Positions 10,397-20,415 of a stretch of DNA of 64,000 nucleotides are shown piece after piece. The stretch lies in contig OY781092.1 in assembly GCA_963676615.1 (NCBI GenBank), positions 288,001-352,000 on the forward strand, given 5' to 3'. This DNA is from Candidatus Cloacimonadota bacterium (GTDB lineage: Bacteria; Cloacimonadota; Cloacimonadia; G963667145). Numbering within the stretch: the first letter of the stretch is position 1; each line of letters opens with the position of its first letter. The notes under the pieces are model-generated. The model was not told the origin of the DNA. It saw only the letters and a list, made by a program, of their open reading frames with translations, and did not search any database. The position numbers were made by a program, and so were the translations under genes.

Positions 10397-10771
10397 ATGT
10401 CTAAAAAACAAGAAGTAATTGATATTATTAAAGAGATGAGTGTATTGGAACTGTCTGAGCTGGTAAGCGAGATGGAAGAGATTTTTGGAGTTTCTGCTGC
10501 TGCTCCTGTTGCTGTGGCTGGTGTAGCCGCTGCTGCTGGTGGCGAGGCTGCCGCTGAGCAAACAGAGTTTGATGTTGTCTTGAGCGGTGCTGGCGACAAA
10601 AAAATCCAAACAATTAAAGCTGTTCGCGCTATCACAAGCCTTGGTCTGAAAGAGGCCAAAGAGATGGTGGACAATTGCCCGAAGACTGTAGCGGAAGGTT
10701 TGTCGAAAGAAGACGCTGAAGCTGCTGTTAAGCAACTCCAAGAAGCAGGCGCTACTGCGGAAATGAAGTAA
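10397..10771 (+). CDS. rplL: 50S ribosomal protein L7/L12
   Basis: Ala-rich hinge; TEFDVVL; LGLKEAK; ATG 10397 after GGAGG. Confidence 0.98.
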   Translation: MSKKQEVIDIIKEMSVLELSELVSEMEEIFGVSAAAPVAVAGVAAAAGGEAAAEQTEFDVVLSGAGDKKIQTIKAVRAITSLGLKEAKEMVDNCPKTVAEGLSKEDAEAAVKQLQEAGATAEMK

Positions 10772-10818
10772 GGGACTTTTTAATCTGTTTATTAAAAAGT
10801 ATCAGTAAAAAGCTATTA

Positions 10819-10848
10819 AACGGAAGTGTTTTTTCTAACGCTTCCGTT
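10819..10848 (+). terminator. Hairpin (attenuator-like) between rplL and rpoB
   Basis: AACGGAAGTGTT-loop-AACGCTTCCGTT inverted repeat; weak U tract. Confidence 0.5.
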
Positions 10849-10892
10849 ATACTTTCTATCTGCGGGGTTTAAATTTAGAAGGAGATTGGTTT

Positions 10893-13800
10893 TTGGAAAA
10901 GTTTAAAAATTACTCCCGAATCAAAAAAAGGTTTGAAACTCTTGGGTTTCCGCAAGTCGCTATACCAGATTTGCTGGAGACGCAGACCAAATCTTTTAAT
11001 GAGTTTTTGCAAAGAGACACTTATCCCAAATTGCGCAAAAATCAAGGGTTACAAGCTGTATTTAATAATATCTTTCCGGTCGAAGACAATAAGGGACTTT
11101 TCACTCTTGAGTTTTTGGAATACGAAGTTAAGCAAGAAAAATATGGGCTAGAAGAGTGTAAGCTGCGCAATCTGTCTTACGAGGCGATGATTACCGCAAG
11201 GCTCAGATTGACGATATACGACGAAGATATTTTGGCGGAAACCGGCGAGCGCAAAGTCAAAAATATTTTGGAGCAAGATATTATTTTGGGAAATATCCCG
11301 ATCATCACCAAAGACGGAACTTTTTTGGTCAACGGTGCCGAGCGGGCGATTATCTCTCAGCTGCATCGTTCGTATGGCGTATTTTTTACAGAGACCAAAC
11401 ACCCAAGCGGCAAGCCGCTGTATTCTGCCAAAGTGATTCCAGAGCGTGGAACTTGGCTGGAGTTCGCTATGGATGTGCACAATGTCGTGTATGTCTATAT
11501 CAACAAAAGGCGGAAAATGCCGATTTCGACGCTTTTGCGGGTGGTTGGCTATTCCGAAAATGAAGATATTCGCAAAGTTTTCTACGATAACGCCGTTATT
11601 CCCCTAGAAGAAGCCGCAGGCAAAAGAGCTTTCGACGATATTTACTCCCCCGAAACTGGTGAGATTTTGATTCCTGCAGGAGGAGAAGTTACTGTCGATT
11701 GGATTGACGAGCTAAAAGTTCACGGCATCACAGAAGTGTCGGTGATTATGGGCGATATTAACTCTACCATTAGCGTAATCGAGAACACTTTGGAAAAAGA
11801 CTCAACCAGCTGCACATCAGAGGCGAGTCACAAGATTTACACCTTAATGCGTCCGGGCGAAAATCCTAGCGAAGAGGACGCCGCCAGCTTTGTGAACACC
11901 TTGTTTTTCGACGACCGCCGCTACTCAATCGGCAAAGTTGGTCGTTACAACATCAACAAAAAATTAAGCCTCGATTTGCCGCAAGATCAGTTCGTTTTGG
12001 GCAAAGAGGATGTTATCGCGATTATCAAAAGGCTGATTGCGATTTTTGACGGCAAAGAGGATGTGGACAACATCGACTATCTAGAAAACCGCCGTGTTCG
12101 CTCTGTGGGCGAGCTTTTGCAAGAGCAATACAACATCGGGCTGACTCGTTTGACGCGTGTGGCTGTAGAGCGTATGGCGATTTCGTCGCCAGAAGAGGTG
12201 ACTGTTTACGATCTGATAAACTCCAACACACTCTCGTCGGTGGTGCAAGCTTTTTTCCTCACAGGTCAGTTGTCGCAATTTATGGAGCAAACCAACCCGC
12301 TGGCGGAGCTTACGCATAAAAGAAGATTTACCGCTTTGGGACCTGGAGGTTTGGAAAGAGAGCGCGCTGGAATGGAGTCGCGAGATGTGAACAACTCGCA
12401 CTACGGGCGGATTTGTCCGATAGAGACTCCCGAGGGACCAAACATCGGGCTGATCAACTCGCCTGCGATTTATTCGCGAGTGAACGAGTTCGGATTTTTG
12501 GAAACTCCGTATTACAAAGTGAAAAACGGCAAAGTCCTCAAAGAAATCGAATTTCTCAATCCGAGCGTCGAGGCGAAAGCCACGGTGGCTCAGGCAGGCA
12601 TCGAGATCGACGACAAGGGTGAGATTACCAAAGATTTCGTCTTCGCCAGAAGAGGCGACGAGTTTTTGCAAGTTGCCAAAAACGAGATAGAGTATTTGGA
12701 TGTTTCGCCGATGCAGGCGATGAGTCTTTCGACGACTCTGATACCGTTTTTGGAGCACAACGACGCCTCTCGTGCTTTGATGGGCTCGAATATGCAGCGC
12801 CAAGCTGTGCCGCTGCTCAATCCCGAGTTCCCCGTTGTGGGCACAGGAATGGAAAAAGTCGTGGCAAAAAGTTGCGCCAATGTGCGTCTTGCGCCGTTCG
12901 ACGCCAAAGTTACCGCTGTAACCGCCGACTATGTCGAGCTGGAGCGGATTGGCAAAGACGACGATGTATCGATCGACAAATTTACCAGAATCGAGTTCGC
13001 CAAATACAAACGCTCCAACCAAGACACCTGCATAAATCAGCGTCCAGTGGTCAAATTGGGACAAAAAGTGAAAAAAGGCGACTTCATCTCCGACGGTCCG
13101 TCCGTTGACGACGGAAGATTGGCGCTGGGTCGCAACCTCAAAGTCGCTTTTATGTCGTGGTATGGCTACAACTACGAGGACGCCATCATCTTGAGCGAAA
13201 AAGTCGCTTGGGAAGACGCCTTCACTTCGCTTTACATCGAGGAGAAAGAGGTTTTGGTGCGTGAGATGAAATCTGGCAAAGAGGAGCTGGTTTACGATAT
13301 CCCCGATGTTTCCAAATACGCTCTGCGAAATTTGGACAAAACGGGCGTAATTCGCTTGGGTAGTGTGATCGAAGCTGGCGATATTATCGTCGGAAAAATC
13401 ACTCCGAAAAGCTCAGACATCGATCCATCGCCAGAAGAAAACTTGATGCGTGCACTCTTTGGCGACAGAGCGGGCGATTTCACCAACACATCTCTGAAGG
13501 CAAAGCCCGGAATGGAGGGCGTTGTTGTCGATGTTCGGGTTTACTCTCGTGAAGAGGATGATTTGGATATTGAGCAAGAAAAAGAGTTCAAACTCAACAA
13601 ATACAAAAAAGATTTTGAGCAGCGCAAAGGCAAAATTCAAGATTTCCTCAAAGCCGAATTTTTGAAAAAGGTTGTCGGCAAAACCGCCAAAGAGATTAAG
13701 AGTCGCACTTCGGGGCACTATTTTATCGAGCCAGGCAAAAAGGTGACCAAATCGGATGTTAGCTCGATAGATTTCAAGACTTTAGACCTCAAATCGTCTT

Positions 13801-14663
13801 TTACCGACGACCAAGATTTCAACAAAGATTTTTACGACACCGTGATTTACAAGGTAAAAGTCGCTTATGGCGAGAACGAAAATATTTACCGAAAGTTGCG
13901 TGACAGAGTGCGTCAGGGAGACGAGCTAGAGCAAGGCGTTTTCAAGATGGTGAAGGTCTATATCGCCAAAAAGAGGAGAATCTCTGTGGGCGATAAGATG
14001 GCTGGACGCCACGGAAACAAAGGTGTGGTCTCCAGGATCGCGCCGATTGCCGATATGCCTTTTACCGCCAATGGAGAGGCTGTGGACATCGTCCTGAACC
14101 CGCTGGGTGTGCCTTCGCGGATGAACATTGGGCAAATTTTTGAGACTCACTTGGGACTTGCCGCCAAAATGCTTGGCTTCAATGTGGAGACGCCTGTTTT
14201 TGACGGAGCGACCGAAAAAGACATTTTGGACGCTTTGGGCAAAGCTGGTTTGGATTCCGACGGAAAGCAGGTGCTGTATGATGGCAAAACTGGCGAGCCG
14301 TTTGACCAACGAGTAACTGTGGGAATGATGTATATCCTCAAGCTCAATCACCTTGTCAAAGACAAAATGCACGCCAGAAGCACTGGTCCATACTCTTTGA
14401 TAACTCAGCAACCTTTGGGCGGAAAGGCTCAACACGGTGGACAAAGGCTGGGAGAGATGGAGGTCTGGGCGCTAGAGGCGTATGGTGCGGCGAATTTGCT
14501 CAAAGAGATGGTAACGATTAAATCGGACGATATGCAAGGGCGGACAGCGGCTTTCAAATCGATTGTCTCGGGAGAAAATCCGACTATTTCTGGAACGCCA
14601 GAATCTTTTATGGTTTTGGTTAACGAACTCAAATCGCTTGGATTTGATATTGAGTTTTTATAA
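10893..14663 (+). CDS. rpoB: RNA polymerase beta subunit
   Basis: CPIETPEGPNIG, GDKMAGRHGNKG, GGQRLGEME motifs. Confidence 0.99.
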   Translation: MEKFKNYSRIKKRFETLGFPQVAIPDLLETQTKSFNEFLQRDTYPKLRKNQGLQAVFNNIFPVEDNKGLFTLEFLEYEVKQEKYGLEECKLRNLSYEAMITARLRLTIYDEDILAETGERKVKNILEQDIILGNIPIITKDGTFLVNGAERAIISQLHRSYGVFFTETKHPSGKPLYSAKVIPERGTWLEFAMDVHNVVYVYINKRRKMPISTLLRVVGYSENEDIRKVFYDNAVIPLEEAAGKRAFDDIYSPETGEILIPAGGEVTVDWIDELKVHGITEVSVIMGDINSTISVIENTLEKDSTSCTSEASHKIYTLMRPGENPSEEDAASFVNTLFFDDRRYSIGKVGRYNINKKLSLDLPQDQFVLGKEDVIAIIKRLIAIFDGKEDVDNIDYLENRRVRSVGELLQEQYNIGLTRLTRVAVERMAISSPEEVTVYDLINSNTLSSVVQAFFLTGQLSQFMEQTNPLAELTHKRRFTALGPGGLERERAGMESRDVNNSHYGRICPIETPEGPNIGLINSPAIYSRVNEFGFLETPYYKVKNGKVLKEIEFLNPSVEAKATVAQAGIEIDDKGEITKDFVFARRGDEFLQVAKNEIEYLDVSPMQAMSLSTTLIPFLEHNDASRALMGSNMQRQAVPLLNPEFPVVGTGMEKVVAKSCANVRLAPFDAKVTAVTADYVELERIGKDDDVSIDKFTRIEFAKYKRSNQDTCINQRPVVKLGQKVKKGDFISDGPSVDDGRLALGRNLKVAFMSWYGYNYEDAIILSEKVAWEDAFTSLYIEEKEVLVREMKSGKEELVYDIPDVSKYALRNLDKTGVIRLGSVIEAGDIIVGKITPKSSDIDPSPEENLMRALFGDRAGDFTNTSLKAKPGMEGVVVDVRVYSREEDDLDIEQEKEFKLNKYKKDFEQRKGKIQDFLKAEFLKKVVGKTAKEIKSRTSGHYFIEPGKKVTKSDVSSIDFKTLDLKSSFTDDQDFNKDFYDTVIYKVKVAYGENENIYRKLRDRVRQGDELEQGVFKMVKVYIAKKRRISVGDKMAGRHGNKGVVSRIAPIADMPFTANGEAVDIVLNPLGVPSRMNIGQIFETHLGLAAKMLGFNVETPVFDGATEKDILDALGKAGLDSDGKQVLYDGKTGEPFDQRVTVGMMYILKLNHLVKDKMHARSTGPYSLITQQPLGGKAQHGGQRLGEMEVWALEAYGAANLLKEMVTIKSDDMQGRTAAFKSIVSGENPTISGTPESFMVLVNELKSLGFDIEFL

Positions 14664-14681
14664 TCGTAATGGAGTTTTACT

Positions 14682-17600
14682 GTGATAAGAAAAATTAAAA
14701 GAGATGAAGTAATTTCTGACTATGATGCAGTGAAGATTAGTTTGGCGTCGCCCGAAAAGATCAAAGAGTGGTCTTTCGGAGAGGTTACCAAGCCTGAGAC
14801 TCTCAACTATAGAACTCACAAACCAGAAAGGGACGGACTTTTTTGTGAGCGGATTTTTGGTCCTGTAAAAGATTATGAATGTTCCTGCGGGAAATACAAA
14901 AAGCGTCGTTTTGCGGGAACTGTCTGCGATCGATGCGGCGTGGAGGTAATCTCCTCCCGAGTTCGTCGCTCTCGAATGGGGCACATCGAGTTGGCTGTGC
15001 CGGTATCGCACATTTGGTATGTAAAATCGATGCCGAGCAAAGTCGCCACAATGTTGGACATCTCGCTCAAAGATTTGGAACGAGTTTTGTATTACGAATC
15101 TTTCATCATCCTCGATCCAGGCAACAGCGATTACGACCGTTTGGACTTGATCGACACCGATACTTACTACGACATCATCGAAAAAGTTGACGACGACTTC
15201 GATGCAAAAATTGGTGCCGAGGCGATCCGAGAGCTTTTGGAGCAAATAGATTTGGGCAACGAGGAGATGCAACTCAAGGCGCAGTTGAGCATCGAGAGCT
15301 CGTCGCTAAAAAGGACTGCGATTGTCAAAAGGCTAAAAGTTGTTAGCTCTTTTTTGAAATCGAACAACAGGCCAGAATGGATGATAATGACGATTTTGCC
15401 AGTTTTGCCGCCGACGCTAAGACCGCTTGTGCCGCTGGATGGAGGCAGATTTGCGACATCAGATTTTAACGATTTGTATCGCCGAGTTATCGCCAGAAAC
15501 AACCGCCTGAAGCAACTAATCAGCATCAGAGCGCCGCAAGTGATTTTGCGTAACGAGAAAAGAATGTTGCAGGAGGCTGTGGACGCTTTGTTCGACAACT
15601 CCCGCAAATCTATGCCTGTGCGTGGTAGTGGCAACAGACCGCTGAAGTCACTGACCGACCAGCTGAAGGGCAAGCAAGGGCGTTTTCGTCAAAACCTTTT
15701 GGGTAAACGGGTTGACTACTCTGCTCGTTCGGTGATTACCGTCGGGCCAGAGCTGCGTATCGACCAGTGCGGCTTGCCAAAAGAGATGGCGCTGGAGCTG
15801 TTTAAGCCGTTTTTGATTGAGCGGTTGGAGCATTATGGCGAAGTTGAAAAGACGAAAACCGCCAAAAAGTTGATTGAGAAAAGACAGCCAAAGATTTGGA
15901 AGATTTTGCAAGAGGTTATTCAGGGGCATCCAGTGCTGCTCAACAGAGCGCCGACACTGCACAAACTGGGTATTCAGGCGTTTTATCCCGTTCTGACAGA
16001 AGATAGGGCGATCAAGCTGCACCCGATGGTCTGCACGCCGTTTAACGCGGACTTTGATGGAGACCAAATGGCGGTGCATTTGCCGCTTACGGATCAAGCT
16101 GTGCAAGAGGCGGAGCTGCTGATGTTGTCGTCGCGGAACTTGCTTTTGCCTGCCAGTGGAAAGCTGGCGATGTTGGCGTCGCAGGATATCGTGCTGGGAA
16201 TTTACTATTTGACGATGGAAAAGACTCCGATGCCTCAAAAAGAAAGCGAAGTGAAAAAGTTAAAATATTACGGAACGACCGAAGATGTGATCGCCGTTTA
16301 TGAGAACGAGAAATTTTCTGGCAAGGCGCTGGATGAGCGCTCTTTGGGGCTTCACACTTGGATAAGGTTTAAAGCTGACGGCGAGTTTATCGTAACGACT
16401 GTCGGCAGGGTGATTTTTAACAAAATCGTGCCAGAGGGGATCGAGTTCCAAAATCATGTTTTTGATAAAGGGCGGATTAACAGCTTTTCGACCAAAATTT
16501 TTGAGACGGTCGGACAAGCGTTGACTGCCGACTATTTGGACAGCCTAAAAAACATCGGGTTTAAATATGCGACCGCATCGGGCATCACTTTTAGTTTTAG
16601 AGATGTGATCGTGCCAAAGGGCAAGAAAAAGAAGATTGAGAAGACCGAGAAAAAAATCGACAAAATTATGCAGAGCTATATGGAAGGTCGGATTACCAAC
16701 CGTGAGCGTGAGAACAGAAGTGTCGATGCGTGGAAATTGGTGACGGAGGAGATCACGGACGAGCTGATGGAGGAGGTTGCCAAAGACCAGGACGGGCTGA
16801 ACTCTATCCACATTATGCATATTTCGGGTGCTCGTGGCGGTAAAGACCAGATCAAACAGTTGGGTGCGATGCGTGGTTTGATGGACAAGCCTGTTAAGGC
16901 GGATAACGACGATTTGGGTGTGATCGAGACGCCGATTAAGGCGAACTTCAAAGAAGGGCTGGACTTGTTTCAATATTTCTTGTCAACTCACGGCTCGAGA
17001 AAAGGTCTTGCCGATACAGCTCTGAAGACGGCTGATGCGGGATATTTGACCAGACGGCTTGTGGATGTGGCGCGCAACGCGGTGATAAATATCGAGGATT
17101 GCGGCACGATTAAAGGGCTGGAAGTTTCGGCGCTGAAAGAGGGACTTGAGATTGTTGAGTCGCTCTCGGAGCGGATTCGTGGGCGTGTGGCGTCGCAAGA
17201 TATTTTGCATCCAGACACAAAAGAGGTGCTGGTGGCTGCCAATCAGGAGATTACCAACGAGCTGGCGGAAGCTGTGGAACATTGCGGTGTTACCAAAGTG
17301 ATGATTCGTTCGGTGTTGACTTGTGAGGCGAAAGAGGGAATTTGCGCTAAATGTTATGGGCGCAACCTTGGAACTTCCAGAATGGTCACTATCGGCGAAC
17401 CTGTGGGTGTTGTTGCCGCGCAAAGCATCGGAGAGCCAGGAACGCAGCTTACGCTGAGAACTTTCCACTCCGGTGGTTCGGCTTCGACAAATGTGGAGAT
17501 TTCCGAGCGGGCTGCTTCGGTGGACGGTATTGTCAAATATGTGCGGATGAACATCATCGAGGACCCTGACGGCAACATTATTTCCAACGGGCATATGGGT

Positions 17601-18833
17601 AAAATCTCCATCGTGGATAGCAAAGGAAAGGTGCTGGAAAGCCACAAAGTTGAGTATGCGGCGACAGTTTATGTGAAAGATGGCGAGAAAGTGGTCGAGA
17701 ACACCAAGTTGATTTCGTGGGACTCCTATTCGCATCCGACACTTGCCACGACTAAGGGTAGGGTTGAGTTTGACGGCTTTGTGAAAGACACGACCATTAA
17801 GGAAAATTTCAACCAACTCACTGGAAACAAAGAGATTACGATTATCACCTCGAAAGATAACAAAGTTCAAGCGCAGATTAGGATTGTGGCTACGGACGGC
17901 AGCGAAGAGCTTGTGCCGTTGCCGCCAAATTTGAGTGTTGATGTGCAAGAGGGCGACCATGTTTTCCCGGGTAGCATTTTGGGTAGAACCTCCAGAGTGG
18001 CAGAAGCGCAGGGCGATATCACGGGAGGTTTGCCACGGGTGCAAGAGCTTTTTGAGGCGAGAGTGCCAAAAAACAAGGCGATTATCTCGGAAGTGGACGG
18101 CAGGATTACTATCGGCGATTTGTCTCGCACAGGGCGGAAGATTTTTGTGGAGACCGAAAGCGGCGAGAAAGAAAAGTATGTTGTGCCGCTGGGCAAGCGG
18201 ATTATCGTGCACCAAGGCGACTATGTTGAAGCTGGAAACGCTCTCTCCGATGGACCGCTTGATCCGCACGATGTTTTGCGGGCGAAAGGTATTGGCGAGG
18301 CGGAAAGGCTGATTCTCAACGGTATCCAAAGCGTGTATCGCAAGCAAGGTGTGAAGATTGACGACAAGCATGTTGGCGTGATTATCAAGCAAATGCTGAA
18401 AAATGTGCGGATTGTCGATCCAGGTCACACTATTTTCTTGCAAGACGAGATCGTCTCGCGGACAAAAGTGATGGAGGAGAACAAGATTGTGGAGGGCGAC
18501 GACGGTGTGGGAGCGACTTTCGAGCCTGTGCTTTTGGGTATCACCAGAGCGGCGTTGTATTCTGACAGTTGGCTTTCTTCGGCTTCGTTCCAGGAGACAA
18601 CAAAAATATTGACACATTCGGCGATCGAAGGGAAAGTTGACCCACTGAATGGTCAAAAGGAAAATATTATCCTCGGACACCTTGTGCCTATTGGCACGGG
18701 CAGCAAGTTCTATCGGGATAAATTTGATAAATTAGTAGAAGAAAAAGGTGGTCTGGCAGGTGCTGTTTCGAGCATTTTGTCTCCCGAAGAGGAAACTCAA
18801 GAGAGTTTGGAAGACCTACTTGGAGAAATTTAA
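14682..18833 (+). CDS. rpoC: RNA polymerase beta' subunit
   Basis: NADFDGD catalytic motif; N-terminal Zn finger; AQSIGEPGTQLT. Confidence 0.99.
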   Translation: MIRKIKRDEVISDYDAVKISLASPEKIKEWSFGEVTKPETLNYRTHKPERDGLFCERIFGPVKDYECSCGKYKKRRFAGTVCDRCGVEVISSRVRRSRMGHIELAVPVSHIWYVKSMPSKVATMLDISLKDLERVLYYESFIILDPGNSDYDRLDLIDTDTYYDIIEKVDDDFDAKIGAEAIRELLEQIDLGNEEMQLKAQLSIESSSLKRTAIVKRLKVVSSFLKSNNRPEWMIMTILPVLPPTLRPLVPLDGGRFATSDFNDLYRRVIARNNRLKQLISIRAPQVILRNEKRMLQEAVDALFDNSRKSMPVRGSGNRPLKSLTDQLKGKQGRFRQNLLGKRVDYSARSVITVGPELRIDQCGLPKEMALELFKPFLIERLEHYGEVEKTKTAKKLIEKRQPKIWKILQEVIQGHPVLLNRAPTLHKLGIQAFYPVLTEDRAIKLHPMVCTPFNADFDGDQMAVHLPLTDQAVQEAELLMLSSRNLLLPASGKLAMLASQDIVLGIYYLTMEKTPMPQKESEVKKLKYYGTTEDVIAVYENEKFSGKALDERSLGLHTWIRFKADGEFIVTTVGRVIFNKIVPEGIEFQNHVFDKGRINSFSTKIFETVGQALTADYLDSLKNIGFKYATASGITFSFRDVIVPKGKKKKIEKTEKKIDKIMQSYMEGRITNRERENRSVDAWKLVTEEITDELMEEVAKDQDGLNSIHIMHISGARGGKDQIKQLGAMRGLMDKPVKADNDDLGVIETPIKANFKEGLDLFQYFLSTHGSRKGLADTALKTADAGYLTRRLVDVARNAVINIEDCGTIKGLEVSALKEGLEIVESLSERIRGRVASQDILHPDTKEVLVAANQEITNELAEAVEHCGVTKVMIRSVLTCEAKEGICAKCYGRNLGTSRMVTIGEPVGVVAAQSIGEPGTQLTLRTFHSGGSASTNVEISERAASVDGIVKYVRMNIIEDPDGNIISNGHMGKISIVDSKGKVLESHKVEYAATVYVKDGEKVVENTKLISWDSYSHPTLATTKGRVEFDGFVKDTTIKENFNQLTGNKEITIITSKDNKVQAQIRIVATDGSEELVPLPPNLSVDVQEGDHVFPGSILGRTSRVAEAQGDITGGLPRVQELFEARVPKNKAIISEVDGRITIGDLSRTGRKIFVETESGEKEKYVVPLGKRIIVHQGDYVEAGNALSDGPLDPHDVLRAKGIGEAERLILNGIQSVYRKQGVKIDDKHVGVIIKQMLKNVRIVDPGHTIFLQDEIVSRTKVMEENKIVEGDDGVGATFEPVLLGITRAALYSDSWLSSASFQETTKILTHSAIEGKVDPLNGQKENIILGHLVPIGTGSKFYRDKFDKLVEEKGGLAGAVSSILSPEEETQESLEDLLGEI

Positions 18834-18851
18834 AAGTTTTGGAGGAAGGCA

Positions 18852-19223
18852 GTGCCTACAATAAATCAACTTATTAGAAAAGGTAGAAAAAAGGTTACTA
18901 AAACCAAGAAAAACCGTGCTTTAGACCAATGCCCACAAAGAAAAGGGGTTTGCACAAGGGTTTACACAACTACACCAAAAAAACCGAACTCGGCGCTTCG
19001 TAAAGTTGCCAGAGTGCGACTTAGCAACGGAAAAGAGGTTACCGCCTACATTCCAGGAGAGGGACACAAGTTGCAAGAGCACTCTATCGTGCTGATTCGT
19101 GGCGGTCGTGTAAAAGACTTGCCAGGTGTTCGTTATCATGTTGTGCGTGGTTCACACGATGCCGAGGGAGTAGAGGGAAGAAAAACCTCTCGTTCAAAAT
19201 ACGGCGCAAAAAGAGCTAAATAG
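18852..19223 (+). CDS. rpsL: 30S ribosomal protein S12
   Basis: [21 protein letters not shown]. Confidence 0.99.
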   Translation: MPTINQLIRKGRKKVTKTKKNRALDQCPQRKGVCTRVYTTTPKKPNSALRKVARVRLSNGKEVTAYIPGEGHKLQEHSIVLIRGGRVKDLPGVRYHVVRGSHDAEGVEGRKTSRSKYGAKRAK

Positions 19224-19243
19224 TATTAAGGAGCTGAAAGTAG

Positions 19244-19714
19244 ATGTCTCGTAAAAGAAAAGCGGTGGTAAGAGATATTACCCCTGATTACAAGTTTAAC
19301 AGTGTGCGACTGAGCAAATTTATAAATTGTTTGATGCTCAAAGGCAAAAAATCTTTGGCAGAAAAAATCGTTTATGGAGCTTTTGATATTATTAAAGATA
19401 AGACCGAAAAAGATCCGATGGAAGTTTTTGAGGGCGCTCTCAAAAATGCGACTCCACAAGTGAAAGTGGTTTCCAAAAGATTGGGCGGCTCGAACTATCA
19501 GGTTCCCAGAGAAATTGAGGCAAAAGAGGGTCAAGCGATGGTTTTTCGCTGGATCATCGGATTTGCTCGCACTCGCAAAGAAGACACAATGAGCAAAAGA
19601 TTGGCGGAGGAGCTAATCGCCGCTAACAAAGGCGAGGGCGCTAGTGTCAAAAAGAAAGATGAGACCCACAAGATGGCAGAGGCCAACAGAGCTTTTGCGC
19701 ACATCAGGTGGTAA
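19244..19714 (+). CDS. rpsG: 30S ribosomal protein S7
   Basis: GKKSLAEKI; GGSNYQVP; HKMAEANRAFAH. Confidence 0.99.
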   Translation: MSRKRKAVVRDITPDYKFNSVRLSKFINCLMLKGKKSLAEKIVYGAFDIIKDKTEKDPMEVFEGALKNATPQVKVVSKRLGGSNYQVPREIEAKEGQAMVFRWIIGFARTRKEDTMSKRLAEELIAANKGEGASVKKKDETHKMAEANRAFAHIRW

Positions 19715-19727
19715 CGGAGAAAGTTAG

Positions 19728-19862
19728 ATGAAAAGAACATTTCAACCTCACAATAGAAAGAAAAAAAACAAGCACGGCTTTCGCAAAAGAATGTCCACAG
19801 CCAATGGTCGCAAAGTGTTGAGTGCCAGAAGAGCCAAAGGAAGAAAAAGACTTTCTCACTAA
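19728..19862 (+). CDS. rpmH: 50S ribosomal protein L34
   Basis: Hand-translated 44 aa [44 protein letters not shown]. Confidence 0.98.
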   Translation: MKRTFQPHNRKKKNKHGFRKRMSTANGRKVLSARRAKGRKRLSH

Positions 19863-20176
19863 TGCGGTTTTTTCGCCAAGGGTGTGAGTTTACGGAGCTT
19901 TATCGTGCGGGCAGCAGATACTCCTGTGAATTTTTCACTTTTTTGGCGAAATCTAGCGCAGAGTCGGCAGCGGGAATTGTTTTGTCCAAAAAAGTGGGTA
20001 AAGCAAACAAACGCAATAAGTTAAAAAGGCGACTCAAACACTATTTTCGTGATTTTTGGTTTTTGGAAAGTAAAAAAGTTGTGGTCATCGGCAGAAAAAA
20101 CAGCGGTTTTTTGTCTTGGCAAGATGTCAAAAACTGCCTAGACGAATTTCAAGAAAAAATCGGGAAATCCAAATGA
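19862..20176 (+). CDS. rnpA: Ribonuclease P protein component
   Basis: GIVLSKKVGKANKRNKLKRR (RNR-like motif); follows rpmH. Confidence 0.92.
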   Translation: MRFFRQGCEFTELYRAGSRYSCEFFTFLAKSSAESAAGIVLSKKVGKANKRNKLKRRLKHYFRDFWFLESKKVVVIGRKNSGFLSWQDVKNCLDEFQEKIGKSK

Positions 20177-20391
20177 AGATTTGCAACCGTGTGGCTCTGG
20201 GTTTATTATGGATTTACAAAAACGGAATTTCTCCGTATCTTCCTGATAGTTGCCGATTTACGCCATCGTGCAGCGAATATGCACGGCTTGCGTTTCTCAA
20301 ATACGGCTTTTTCAAGGCGCTGAGCCTTAGTGTGTGGCGAGTTTTTCGATGTAACCCCTTTAGTCGTGGCGGTTACGACCCATTAAAGTAA
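20173..20391 (+). CDS. yidD: Membrane protein insertion efficiency factor
   Basis: CRFTPSCSEY...RCNPF..GGYDP. Confidence 0.95.
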   Translation: MKICNRVALGLLWIYKNGISPYLPDSCRFTPSCSEYARLAFLKYGFFKALSLSVWRVFRCNPFSRGGYDPLK

Positions 20392-20415
20392 AAAAGAATT
20401 TTAGGAGAGTTTGGT

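Noticed and set aside
16983..18680. Long antisense ORFs (565 aa here; also 48720-50087 and 62288-63763)
   Set aside because: Shadows of rpoC, terminase and miaB with no motifs.
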